64,000 bases of DNA, taken from positions 39,281 through 103,280 of the forward strand of contig JBAZLB010000004.1 in the NCBI GenBank assembly GCA_041650495.1. Reading direction: 5' to 3'. The translations under genes and the position numbers were made by a program. Below the pieces are notes generated by a model. It made no database searches, had not been told where the DNA came from, and saw only the letters and a program-made list of their open reading frames with translations. The DNA comes from Candidatus Omnitrophota bacterium (lineage in GTDB: Bacteria; Omnitrophota; Gorgyraeia; Gygaellales; Profunditerraquicolaceae). This document shows positions 18,519 through 27,068 of this stretch, piece after piece; the first letter of the stretch is position 1; each line of letters opens with the position of its first letter.

Positions 18519-20981
18519 TTATTGTTGAATATTCAGTAAATACTTTATGCTTTTTATGACGGTACGCACAAAACCTTTTGATTTTATATTATTCCTAAAG
18601 GCAACCCGTAATTCCCGGTCAAACGGTATATTATAGAAAGAGCGCCGCGAGCGCATATAGTATTTCCACTTCTTCAATGCTTCGTCTTTGGCATGTTCTA
18701 AATCTTCCGGAGAAAGAAATTCGGTTCTGATGACGCTTCTTGATGCCCCGTCATAACAAGACCAGTCTTTCGAGATAATATGCCCCTTCTTTTCCAGCGC
18801 CTCATAATATTCTGTCCCCGGGTAAGGAGTCATAATGGAGAACTGCAGGGAATCAGGCTTAAAACTTAACGCGTAGTCTATTGTCCTTTTTATGGTATCC
18901 TGTGTTTCCCCGGGCAGGCCAAAGGCAAAAGTGAGGTGTATCTTTATCCCTAAGGCTTGAGTCGCATATATCATACGTTCCGCATGCCGCAAATCCATGC
19001 CCTTCTTCGCGTTATCAAGCAGCTTCTGTTCTGCGGACTCTAATCCATACTTTACTGCGTATAATCCGGATTGTTTCATCGCAAGAAGCATTTCTTCATC
19101 CATAGTATCCGCGCGGGCCATAATCGCCCAAGGCACAACCAAGTTTCTCTCCCGGATCTCCCCGCAAAACTTTAATACATTTTCTTTGTCAATATTGAAG
19201 GTATCATCGTCAAAATAAATCGACTTAAAATTACGTTCTTTTACCAGGTATTCCATCTCATCGACAACAGCGGCGGGACTGCGGACCCGGTAGCGGTTGC
19301 TATTATACATGAGCTGCGGCCAGGCGCAAAAAATGCATTGGAAAGGACACCCCCGGCTTGCAACCATCTGAACACTAGGAAAAGCGATCTTCCCGGGCGC
19401 ATCTTTATACCGTTCCATACATAATTGTTCTCTTAATGGCCATGGCAAATCATCCAAATCCTCAAGTAAGGCTCGCGCAGGGGTGATCCTGACAGTATTG
19501 TTTTCCCGATAAAGGATTCCTGATACGCCCTGCAGACTTCTGCCGTTCTGTATGGCTTGGAATAATTCAAATGCCGCGTATTCATATTCACCGACAATAA
19601 CAAAATCTATAAAATTGTTCTCGGCCAGGAAAGATGGCTGCCTGATATTAAAGTCTAGCCCGCAAACAGCTATTTTTGTATGTTTTCCTGATATTTGCTT
19701 TAAGATTTCCAGGTCATTCTTCAAAGAGGGGGTAGAGACCTCCGCAACCAACAGTTCCGGCTCAAGCTCATTCACCAGCCTTACAAATTCTCCTTCTTCG
19801 ATCTGCTCAGCTATGGCGTCAATTATTCTTACGCTAACGCCTCTTTCCAAAAAGACAGCTGCGGAATAAGCCAAAAAGAACGGGAAAGGAAGATACGCCT
19901 CTTCGCCAGCGTCTTTTATATGCGGCCATCGAGACCCTGCCCTGACTCCCCATCTATTCCCCTGTTTCCAAGGCAGGTTTATTAACACTACCTTCACAGG
20001 CTTTAGGACATTCGTTAAATATTTCTTATTCATCTTCTCTTCTATGAATGGCAGCCGTTGGCGGTATAATCTCTTCTTGGAATCAAGCATATGTTGATCG
20101 ATTATTTTTTCATCTTGAATTATGTGTATGCTATTTGACAAAATATTCCGGCTCATGCCAGCCGCATAAAAATCCCGCGGACTATGCGGCTTAACCTGAA
20201 TTAATAATGCGCGTAAATTCGCGCTATAATCACTATTCCTGATAATAGGCCTTATGTCTTCCTTTGGGCTATCCGCCTCCAAAATAATCGCTGGTTTATA
20301 CTCATTATTGCAAAACGTGCTCCGCACTCCCAAAGAACGCGAGGAAAGATTCCAAAAATTTATATCCTGCCATCCTTCTTGCGTAGGTTTTATCGGTGGA
20401 AATGTCCCCCCTTCATAAGAACTTATCCAGCCGGTATAATCTGAAGATACCAAAAGAGCCGCTTCCTTTTCTCCGAGAGAAATATTTCTTTTAGGGGTTA
20501 TGTCTATCTTCCAATCGATAAGCCTCTCTCCTTGCACCGTAATCTGCCAAGACTGTTTAAGCGCAAAGAAAGGCCAGGTGAGTATTATTTCCGTATAACA
20601 AGGCAAAACACGTAGTACCTCCCAGCGCGCCTGATTCGAATATAGCCTGCCGCGCATAAAACGCTTATCATTCAGCACAGTTACAAAACCCGGGGCTTGA
20701 GTAAGCTTTATGTCATTCCAAAATAAATCTATACACCTACGCGCAGGATGAATCGATAACTTTAATCTACCGGCAATTAATAATATTGTCCGGGCGTCTT
20801 CTTGGCAACCAAGCTTAGAACTAATAAACCGCGAGAATATATACCGCAGGCCACCATTACCTATGGTATAGACGATAAACGCAAAGGCGCGATAAAAAGC
20901 ATAGAACACCCCCTTATGGCGAAGGTAATATAAGAATCTTCCGGCTATAAAATTGATAAATCCTTGTTTATGTATTTTCAT
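18519..20981 (-). CDS. B12-binding radical SAM protein (class B) with ~330-aa N-terminal domain of unknown function
   Basis: 820 aa. A B12-binding-like region (VLINLPW...IAVCGLDFN) is followed by ASRGCPFQCIFCAWP (CxxxCxxC). The N-terminal third has no recognisable motif. Confidence 0.7.
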   Translation of the reverse strand: MKIHKQGFINFIAGRFLYYLRHKGVFYAFYRAFAFIVYTIGNGGLRYIFSRFISSKLGCQEDARTILLIAGRLKLSIHPARRCIDLFWNDIKLTQAPGFVTVLNDKRFMRGRLYSNQARWEVLRVLPCYTEIILTWPFFALKQSWQITVQGERLIDWKIDITPKRNISLGEKEAALLVSSDYTGWISSYEGGTFPPIKPTQEGWQDINFWNLSSRSLGVRSTFCNNEYKPAIILEADSPKEDIRPIIRNSDYSANLRALLIQVKPHSPRDFYAAGMSRNILSNSIHIIQDEKIIDQHMLDSKKRLYRQRLPFIEEKMNKKYLTNVLKPVKVVLINLPWKQGNRWGVRAGSRWPHIKDAGEEAYLPFPFFLAYSAAVFLERGVSVRIIDAIAEQIEEGEFVRLVNELEPELLVAEVSTPSLKNDLEILKQISGKHTKIAVCGLDFNIRQPSFLAENNFIDFVIVGEYEYAAFELFQAIQNGRSLQGVSGILYRENNTVRITPARALLEDLDDLPWPLREQLCMERYKDAPGKIAFPSVQMVASRGCPFQCIFCAWPQLMYNSNRYRVRSPAAVVDEMEYLVKERNFKSIYFDDDTFNIDKENVLKFCGEIRERNLVVPWAIMARADTMDEEMLLAMKQSGLYAVKYGLESAEQKLLDNAKKGMDLRHAERMIYATQALGIKIHLTFAFGLPGETQDTIKRTIDYALSFKPDSLQFSIMTPYPGTEYYEALEKKGHIISKDWSCYDGASRSVIRTEFLSPEDLEHAKDEALKKWKYYMRSRRSFYNIPFDRELRVAFRNNIKSKGFVRTVIKSIKYLLNIQQ

Positions 20982-21044
20982 TATGATAAAAAGGCGGTGT
21001 CTATGTTTAACTTTTTGCAGATTCTTTGTGCTTTATCTTATCTT

Positions 21045-21107
21045 TCAACCCACAAGAACCCTATCCGCCACATAATATACTTTAAGCCCCGGTAAAAAGA
21101 GTAACAT
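21045..21107 (-). CDS. Candidate 20-aa small ORF (MLLFLPGLKVYYVADRVLVG) in the only sizeable intergenic gap of the rSAM array
   Basis: ATG preceded by GAGGG at -6 to -10. It lies in the 197-bp gap between the family-B rSAM and the class-B rSAM. There is no Cys and no homolog support. It is a speculative precursor-peptide or leader candidate. Confidence 0.15.
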   Translation of the reverse strand: MLLFLPGLKVYYVADRVLVG

Positions 21108-21178
21108 AAGCCGCCCTCTTTATAATGCTTTTTCCATCTCTGCAATAGTGTTTCTCGCATGGTAAGTATATTTATTTA

Positions 21179-22636
21179 TTACAGGAACTTCTCCAGCGAG
21201 TATCTTTTAATAATCTTGAGCATATGAAGATGCTGATTAATGTTCTCGCAGGAATGGCATTTGTCATCAAATAACTCTTCTCCGCGGACAAACCTAGTCC
21301 CTCCTTCCTGTTCTAAACGTTTTGCTGCAATTCGATACGAATTGTACTCATCAGAGAACCATATAGTATCAAAATCAGATCTTTGCAAGCTGCCGACCAT
21401 TTTGTTTCCGCAGCAAAAAAGAACCTCCCCTGCCGCCTGGATGTTACAGAATACCCACCCTGTTAAGCACCCGTTATCTTTAAAAAAATCCTTCGTCCTT
21501 AACCCATCGCGGTTGTTATAGTAATCCAAATAAATAGTGGATAAATGATCTGTCCTGATCCCGTGGTTTTCTAATTTTTTTATTGACGCTGGCAAGTTAG
21601 TCTTGAGATAATCAACCTGCGGTTCGGTTAATTTAAGATAAGCATTGTGTCCTTCAATCTGAATTGGTTTAAATGTCACCGCATCGACCCCAAGGTCAAT
21701 ATCCATATCCACAAAGCTTGACAAATCGTAACAATTAAGACTATGTATGACATGGGTTATCTGAATCTGGGTCGTCCCTTTTGAGGTGTTTTTATATTCT
21801 ACAAGCGACCTTATATTATGCCTGATCTTTTCAAAATCGCTCATTGGGCTCATTGGGCAGATTTGATGGTATCGCAGCCTAGAGGCAGCAGGAAGGCTAA
21901 CCGTAACAATAGCTATTCCGGAATCAACCATCAGTTTTGAAAGCGCATCATTCATAAAAACCCCGTTGGTCACTGTCTCAAACCCCAAGCCATTATCCCG
22001 GCAGATACGGATAGCATCTTTTATATTCGGGTGCATCAGCGGTTCGCCGTTGGCAAGCAGGCTTATCTGTCGTGTACCTATTTTCTTCGCCCTCACTGCA
22101 ATATTTCTAAACATATCGATACCCATCGTCTGCCGGAGATAGGCGATATCTTTCTCCTGGGTACTCGGCGCATGAATCCAACAATGCAAACAATTAGTAT
22201 TGCATCTATGCAACAAGTCAACGACAACTAAAGACGGGCCGATAAACGTATCTTCACAAATAGCGCCTAGCGCCATTAAAACATCCTGCCTGGTATCGTC
22301 ATCAGTCTCTTTTATCTTGCTTAGACCTAAAAGCAGCTGCGCCAATTCCCGGTCATCCAATAGAATTTGGATACAAAATTTGGAAAGCCTGGCATTCATT
22401 GTACTGATATATTCCATCCAACGCATTAGTATATTATCCGTAGGAAAGACTGAGAAAGGATCGACCTCCTCCACTGCGGGCATTCTTTCGCGTAACAAGC
22501 AATCCAGTCTTAAGAAATTGTATTTATTCGCTCGCAATAATCCTGCCGCTGTTTTGTAAAAACCGCCCTTACTATTAAGGGTACAATGAGAACGCTCTGC
22601 AAATTTGAGGTATCGTGCGGATAAACCAGGCAACAT
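21179..22636 (-). CDS. Radical SAM protein, family B (SPASM-like) with N-terminal extension
   Basis: LHRCNTNCLHCW (CxxxCxxC), ANGEPLMHP. The C-terminus is GCLTGWVFCNIQAAGEVLFCCGN...DDKCHSCEN. Its N-terminal region is alignable to the N-terminus of 3534..5261 (AEHAFIGPQT / CEDTFIGPSL). Confidence 0.75.
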   Translation of the reverse strand: MLPGLSARYLKFAERSHCTLNSKGGFYKTAAGLLRANKYNFLRLDCLLRERMPAVEEVDPFSVFPTDNILMRWMEYISTMNARLSKFCIQILLDDRELAQLLLGLSKIKETDDDTRQDVLMALGAICEDTFIGPSLVVVDLLHRCNTNCLHCWIHAPSTQEKDIAYLRQTMGIDMFRNIAVRAKKIGTRQISLLANGEPLMHPNIKDAIRICRDNGLGFETVTNGVFMNDALSKLMVDSGIAIVTVSLPAASRLRYHQICPMSPMSDFEKIRHNIRSLVEYKNTSKGTTQIQITHVIHSLNCYDLSSFVDMDIDLGVDAVTFKPIQIEGHNAYLKLTEPQVDYLKTNLPASIKKLENHGIRTDHLSTIYLDYYNNRDGLRTKDFFKDNGCLTGWVFCNIQAAGEVLFCCGNKMVGSLQRSDFDTIWFSDEYNSYRIAAKRLEQEGGTRFVRGEELFDDKCHSCENINQHLHMLKIIKRYSLEKFL

Positions 22637-25518
22637 TATGAGCAGTCTCCAAGCATTATTTCACCGTGAAAATAGTGATACTTACCTTCTGCCAGTTTTT
22701 GCTTATCCGTGGCGTTGATACTCTCAAATCCCAACTTTCTGCTTTTGAAGATACGATTTGTATTCTCCACGGTTGCAGTGATGCCGCCAGGGCCGCTAAA
22801 GCAGGAAAAGGACAGGCCGGGTAAAATATCCGCTCCTTGCCCCTGCTGTTTGATGCCAGCGCTCAAGCGGTCAATCTCATCCCGGGCATAAAGAATATCC
22901 CACCGCGATACAGCATAACTATCCGGGAATGATCCGGACATATTATCAGCCGCACGCCAATGGTTATAGATACCGGAAAGCATAATATTAGCCTGTTGTT
23001 TTATTATTGTGGTTGATTCAAAAATCTCCATTTCGACATCCCAAATGAAACCATTTGTTTTATTTTTAACCTCCCATACCTGCACCAAAGGGATATATGG
23101 CCACGTCCCTCGCAGTAACAAACTGTCCTTACGGGAAGCGATTATCTCCCAGCTGGCATCCAAAGAAACGTACCACTGGCCCTGGTTGTTATGTCCTTTC
23201 GAGTAAACCGAGGTATAGAGACCAAAGGCGCTGGTAATTTCTTCGTTGCGATGCTTTATTCTCCCGTTCCCCCGGTCAAAAATAAATATATACGGACCAT
23301 TCTCAATGGTTGATCTTTTACGTACGGACGGGGCAAGACACGAAGATAATTCAACGCCTCTTTTCTCTATAATATACCCCTTCAGATCGGGCTCCGTGCC
23401 AATGGTTATTGAGAAATCCCCGGCTAAATATGAACCTTTAAAATAATTTATTGATTCTTTTGAATCTATACTCATAAAATAAAGGTGGTTTGCTAACTCA
23501 GTATTTCCTGAGGCATCTGCGAATACAGTCGCATTCCAGTCTAACTTTCTTTCCAGAGAATTAAATTTAGGGGGCCGGGAAGCGTCATGTATCAATACCG
23601 CCGGTAAAGCTGCGTTATCCTGCCCTGATGATGTCAAACCAAGGATATGCAGCAAATCATTCTTCATGAGCGTACTCTTAAAATCCTGACCGGTTATATC
23701 TTCACCTGTATCACCGGACTCACTACTGGTAAACCATCCCCGGTAATCCGCAGAAAACATTACTCGAAATTCATTGTTTCTAATTACCGTGTCTTCTAAA
23801 ATCACTAAGCGGACCTGGCAAGTAATGGTATTGTTACCTGCGATTTTAAAATCCCATATTTGTTGTATAGGTAACCCCGGCCATCTGATATAAACCGAAA
23901 GGCGGGCTGCAGAGACCCGGTGTATCATCCAGAAGGCATCGGAACTCTGGTATTCCTTACCTTGGTAATAAAAACTGGTTTTAAACCCCTTTCCGGCGGT
24001 TATCTTTGCCCCTCTCCAGTATAAATGGATCATCTTGTCATTATATGCATGTAACAATACAGTATCGTCCTTGCCTTGAATAATCTTAGGCAACATTAAT
24101 TTAGGAAAATTCTGGAGCCTATGAGTAAGTAAACGTTTGTTTCCAACCATAATTTTCAAGTGAAACAACGTACTTTTTCCGGATTCAAGACTCAAAGATT
24201 GCGCATCAGGATTGATAATACGGGATTGCAAAGCCCGGGCCATAAATACCTGGTTGGTATTATGGACTTCTAATAATTTAGTATCGGTATACACCTCGTC
24301 TATGAAAGCGATCGATGGTAATTGGGAACTAGGCCCTCCAGGCGCATTCAAGCCGATGAAATTAACAGCCGGTATTTGTTTGTCCGCGCATTGCCAAAAA
24401 ATCTCCTCTCTCAAATCGCTTGTCTCAAAGCACCCATTTATGAAAGGATTGAACCACTGCCTATATTCATCCCTTAACATGATACAGGCCGTAAATTCGT
24501 CAATTACACACGCCTGGCGAATATTCATTTCTATTACACAGTCGATTACACCCGCATCATTATCAAAGTATATTTCCCATACCTGCGAAAGCGGTAAATG
24601 CCACATTGTCCCTTCCACAACTATCTTGCTATCATCCCGTTTTCTTAACAGCCAATCTGCCTGAAAAGAACAGTGCTGGTTACCTGCGCTTAATATGGAT
24701 ATGTACCCTCCCAATCCGGCAGTTATTGTATCCTGGCCGAAACTAAACGAGAGTTTCCCATTATTAAAAATAACGCCCAATGAGTCCTTTTGGAGCATGG
24801 CGATGCCCCGCTTATCACCTACCGTCTCCAGGTAATATGAACAAACCTCCCTGATCCCTCCGTCTTGAACCACCTTTCCGTCTTTAAGTAAGACCCCCCT
24901 GGAACAAAAACGTTTCGCTATTTCTAAATTATGAGTAACCAGGATTATCGATTTCCCTTTCTCCTTGAGTTTAAGCATCCTGTCTATGCATTTACGCTGC
25001 GCATACAAATCACCCACAGCAAAGATGTCATCGATCAATAGGATGTCCGGCTCAATGTGTATCGCTATAGCAAACGCCAAGCGCATATACATGCCTTGTG
25101 AATAACTCTTCACGGGCGCATTAATAAACCTACCGAGGGCGGCAAACTCTACTATATCATTAAACCGTGATTTTATCGCATGCTTAGCAAGGCCGAACAG
25201 TGATGAAATAAGGTAAATATTCTCTTTGCCCGTTAACTCCGCATGGAATCCTGCCCCGATATTAAGAAGCGGGGCGATCGTCCCATTGATAAAAACACTG
25301 CCTGTATCAGGCTTAAACATACCGGCGATTATCTTAAGAAGAGTGGTTTTGCCAGCGCCGTTATCGCCGATAATACATACACTCTCTCCTCTTGGAATAT
25401 CTAACGTTACTCCCTGCAATGCCCAGAAGTCTTCCGGGAAGATTTTGTTATCTTCTTTAAAGTCTATTCTGTATTTTAAACCCACGCCCCTTAAAGATAC
25501 TGCATTCATCGATCTCAT
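22636..25518 (-). CDS. ABC transporter ATP-binding protein, Wzt/TagH-like, with ~700-aa C-terminal triple-repeat domain
   Basis: The N-terminal ~240 aa carry Walker A GDNGAGKTTLLK, the signature-region LSGGMYMR-like block YSQGMYMRLAFA, and Walker B ILLIDD. The remaining ~700 aa hold three divergent ~200-aa repeats each containing a W..P.(L/I).Q(V/I)W(E/D) core. The gene start overlaps the upstream stop by 1 nt. Confidence 0.75.
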   Translation of the reverse strand: MRSMNAVSLRGVGLKYRIDFKEDNKIFPEDFWALQGVTLDIPRGESVCIIGDNGAGKTTLLKIIAGMFKPDTGSVFINGTIAPLLNIGAGFHAELTGKENIYLISSLFGLAKHAIKSRFNDIVEFAALGRFINAPVKSYSQGMYMRLAFAIAIHIEPDILLIDDIFAVGDLYAQRKCIDRMLKLKEKGKSIILVTHNLEIAKRFCSRGVLLKDGKVVQDGGIREVCSYYLETVGDKRGIAMLQKDSLGVIFNNGKLSFSFGQDTITAGLGGYISILSAGNQHCSFQADWLLRKRDDSKIVVEGTMWHLPLSQVWEIYFDNDAGVIDCVIEMNIRQACVIDEFTACIMLRDEYRQWFNPFINGCFETSDLREEIFWQCADKQIPAVNFIGLNAPGGPSSQLPSIAFIDEVYTDTKLLEVHNTNQVFMARALQSRIINPDAQSLSLESGKSTLFHLKIMVGNKRLLTHRLQNFPKLMLPKIIQGKDDTVLLHAYNDKMIHLYWRGAKITAGKGFKTSFYYQGKEYQSSDAFWMIHRVSAARLSVYIRWPGLPIQQIWDFKIAGNNTITCQVRLVILEDTVIRNNEFRVMFSADYRGWFTSSESGDTGEDITGQDFKSTLMKNDLLHILGLTSSGQDNAALPAVLIHDASRPPKFNSLERKLDWNATVFADASGNTELANHLYFMSIDSKESINYFKGSYLAGDFSITIGTEPDLKGYIIEKRGVELSSCLAPSVRKRSTIENGPYIFIFDRGNGRIKHRNEEITSAFGLYTSVYSKGHNNQGQWYVSLDASWEIIASRKDSLLLRGTWPYIPLVQVWEVKNKTNGFIWDVEMEIFESTTIIKQQANIMLSGIYNHWRAADNMSGSFPDSYAVSRWDILYARDEIDRLSAGIKQQGQGADILPGLSFSCFSGPGGITATVENTNRIFKSRKLGFESINATDKQKLAEGKYHYFHGEIMLGDCS

Positions 25519-25534
25519 CCCGTGTGTACGTGCC

Positions 25535-26317
25535 TCAGATTTGTTTTAAAGCATCCTTCTCTTTTTTCGTGAATATGTAATGGCCCAGCCATATGCTCGC
25601 CAAGCTAAATCCAAACGCAAACAACCACATAACGCTGTCTCCTTTTGAGCCGTTATAAAGTATAGCGCGATAAAGAAGGGTATAACAGGTAGCTGGATTT
25701 GCAATCATAATAACCTGATGCCCCTTTGAGATACTTTCTAAAGGGTAAAATATGGGGGTCAACCAAAATAAAAACATTAAACCAATATTCAATAACTGCG
25801 CTAAATCCTTATAATAGAGATTACCGATGCTTACCATGAGCGATATGCCCAATGTAAAAACAAAGTGGAGCAGCAGGACGAGCGGCAATAATGCTAAGGA
25901 ATTTATGATTCTGGTATTACATAGAATAAAAACGGGCAAGAGACCTATAAAACCAACTAAAAAATTTACAAAGTTTGCTAAAACCACCGAGAGGGGTATT
26001 GCCTCATTCATAATAACGAACTGATTTAATACGGCACTATTATTCTTAATGGAAACTGCCGCTTCTGATAATGAGTTTGCAAAGAAAGACCAGGCCAAGA
26101 GAGCACTCAATATAAAAAGGGGGAAATTACTTATCCGGGTAGGCATTATTTGTGTGAAAACGAAGTTAATGGCACACATAATAAGCAGGGGATTAAGAAC
26201 TGCCCAAAAAATACCTATGGTAGAGCCAATATATTTATCACTTAAATTACGCTGCACCAGGCTCTTAATTACGTTTTTCTGTGCGCTTATCTTAACAAGT
26301 TTATCTCGTAGAGTCAT
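25535..26317 (-). CDS. ABC-2 type transporter permease (Wzm/TagG-like)
   Basis: 260 aa with 6 predicted TM helices in the ABC-2 arrangement. It lies directly upstream of the Wzt-like ATPase. Confidence 0.7.
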   Translation of the reverse strand: MTLRDKLVKISAQKNVIKSLVQRNLSDKYIGSTIGIFWAVLNPLLIMCAINFVFTQIMPTRISNFPLFILSALLAWSFFANSLSEAAVSIKNNSAVLNQFVIMNEAIPLSVVLANFVNFLVGFIGLLPVFILCNTRIINSLALLPLVLLLHFVFTLGISLMVSIGNLYYKDLAQLLNIGLMFLFWLTPIFYPLESISKGHQVIMIANPATCYTLLYRAILYNGSKGDSVMWLFAFGFSLASIWLGHYIFTKKEKDALKQI

Positions 26318-27015
26318 TGGTAAATATGAAAATACTCCTTTAAAATAGCGGATGCAATATTCTCCGCTAAAAGCCGATTTCCTTTTTTAGTACAATGCCC
26401 GAAGTTTCCTGCGAACATATCAACAAAATACTCTCTGTAGCTTTCTCTTTTTATTGCCTTCTGAAAGATCCCCTCATTATCTACAAAGATGATACCGTCT
26501 TGCTGTCCAGCAAAGATCCCCTTTAATGATGCCAAACTCCGAAGCGGATACTGGACACAAACCAATTGTATTTTATTTTTACTTAATATTCCCCTGATCT
26601 TATGGTAATTGCTATATGTCTTTGTCGTAATATTATGCCTAAAAAGTTTATCAACTTTTTTGGCATATTTACTCGCTACAGTATCCATCCCCATTTCATT
26701 GTATACTACAGCCAGCCCCCCATACGCATAATCTTGCAACGGATCTACCTTGGCCGCCTGGTTAAATGTCTCTATAGCCAAAGTAAACTTCCTTTCGGAA
26801 ACATAGTTTTCGCCTAATACAACATACGCCCAATAGTCTCTCGGATCCAGCTCTATGGCTTGTTTTAGCGACACCTCGGATGCCGGATATTTCCCCTGGT
26901 ATCTATAACACTGCCCCAACAAAAAATACGCTTTGCCGTTTTCCGGATTTAAGGCAACGGCTTTCTTCAATGCCTCTTCGGCGTCTGGATAATTATAATT
27001 ATAGATAAACGCCAT
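26314..27015 (-). CDS. C-terminal part of a split SGNH-TPR protein (TPR repeats plus SGNH block V)
   Basis: TPR-like repeats (AEEALKKAVALNPENGKAYFLLGQCY...). The C-terminus carries FVDMFAGNFGHCTKKGNRLLAENIA, which resembles SGNH block V (DxxH). The frame stays open for ~19 codons upstream of its ATG into the preceding ORF region. Confidence 0.5.
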   Translation of the reverse strand: MAFIYNYNYPDAEEALKKAVALNPENGKAYFLLGQCYRYQGKYPASEVSLKQAIELDPRDYWAYVVLGENYVSERKFTLAIETFNQAAKVDPLQDYAYGGLAVVYNEMGMDTVASKYAKKVDKLFRHNITTKTYSNYHKIRGILSKNKIQLVCVQYPLRSLASLKGIFAGQQDGIIFVDNEGIFQKAIKRESYREYFVDMFAGNFGHCTKKGNRLLAENIASAILKEYFHIYQ

Positions 27016-27068
27016 CGCTAAACCTATATAGGCCTCATCATTCTGAGGGTTTATCTCTATTTTCTTCT

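Noticed and set aside
2502-22636. Interpreting the array as a classical RiPP (ranthipeptide/sactipeptide-like) cluster
   Set aside because: No precursor-like small ORF with a Cys-rich core or recognisable leader is found in any intergenic gap. No RRE/PqqD-like domain, peptidase or LanT-type exporter is present. Instead the partners are SGNH hydrolases, GTs and a Wzm/Wzt exporter. The RiPP reading is kept as a minority hypothesis only.
24212-24664. Plus-strand 150-aa ORF. The same applies to most other plus-strand track ORFs (e.g. 1266..1556, 10169..10597, 19552..19869, 47815..48210, 54987..55352, 59874..60287)
   Set aside because: All are embedded antisense within well-supported minus-strand genes (Wzt-like, GT4, rSAM, pyrD, carB, pyrC). 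They have no RBS and low-complexity composition. They are treated as antisense shadow ORFs.
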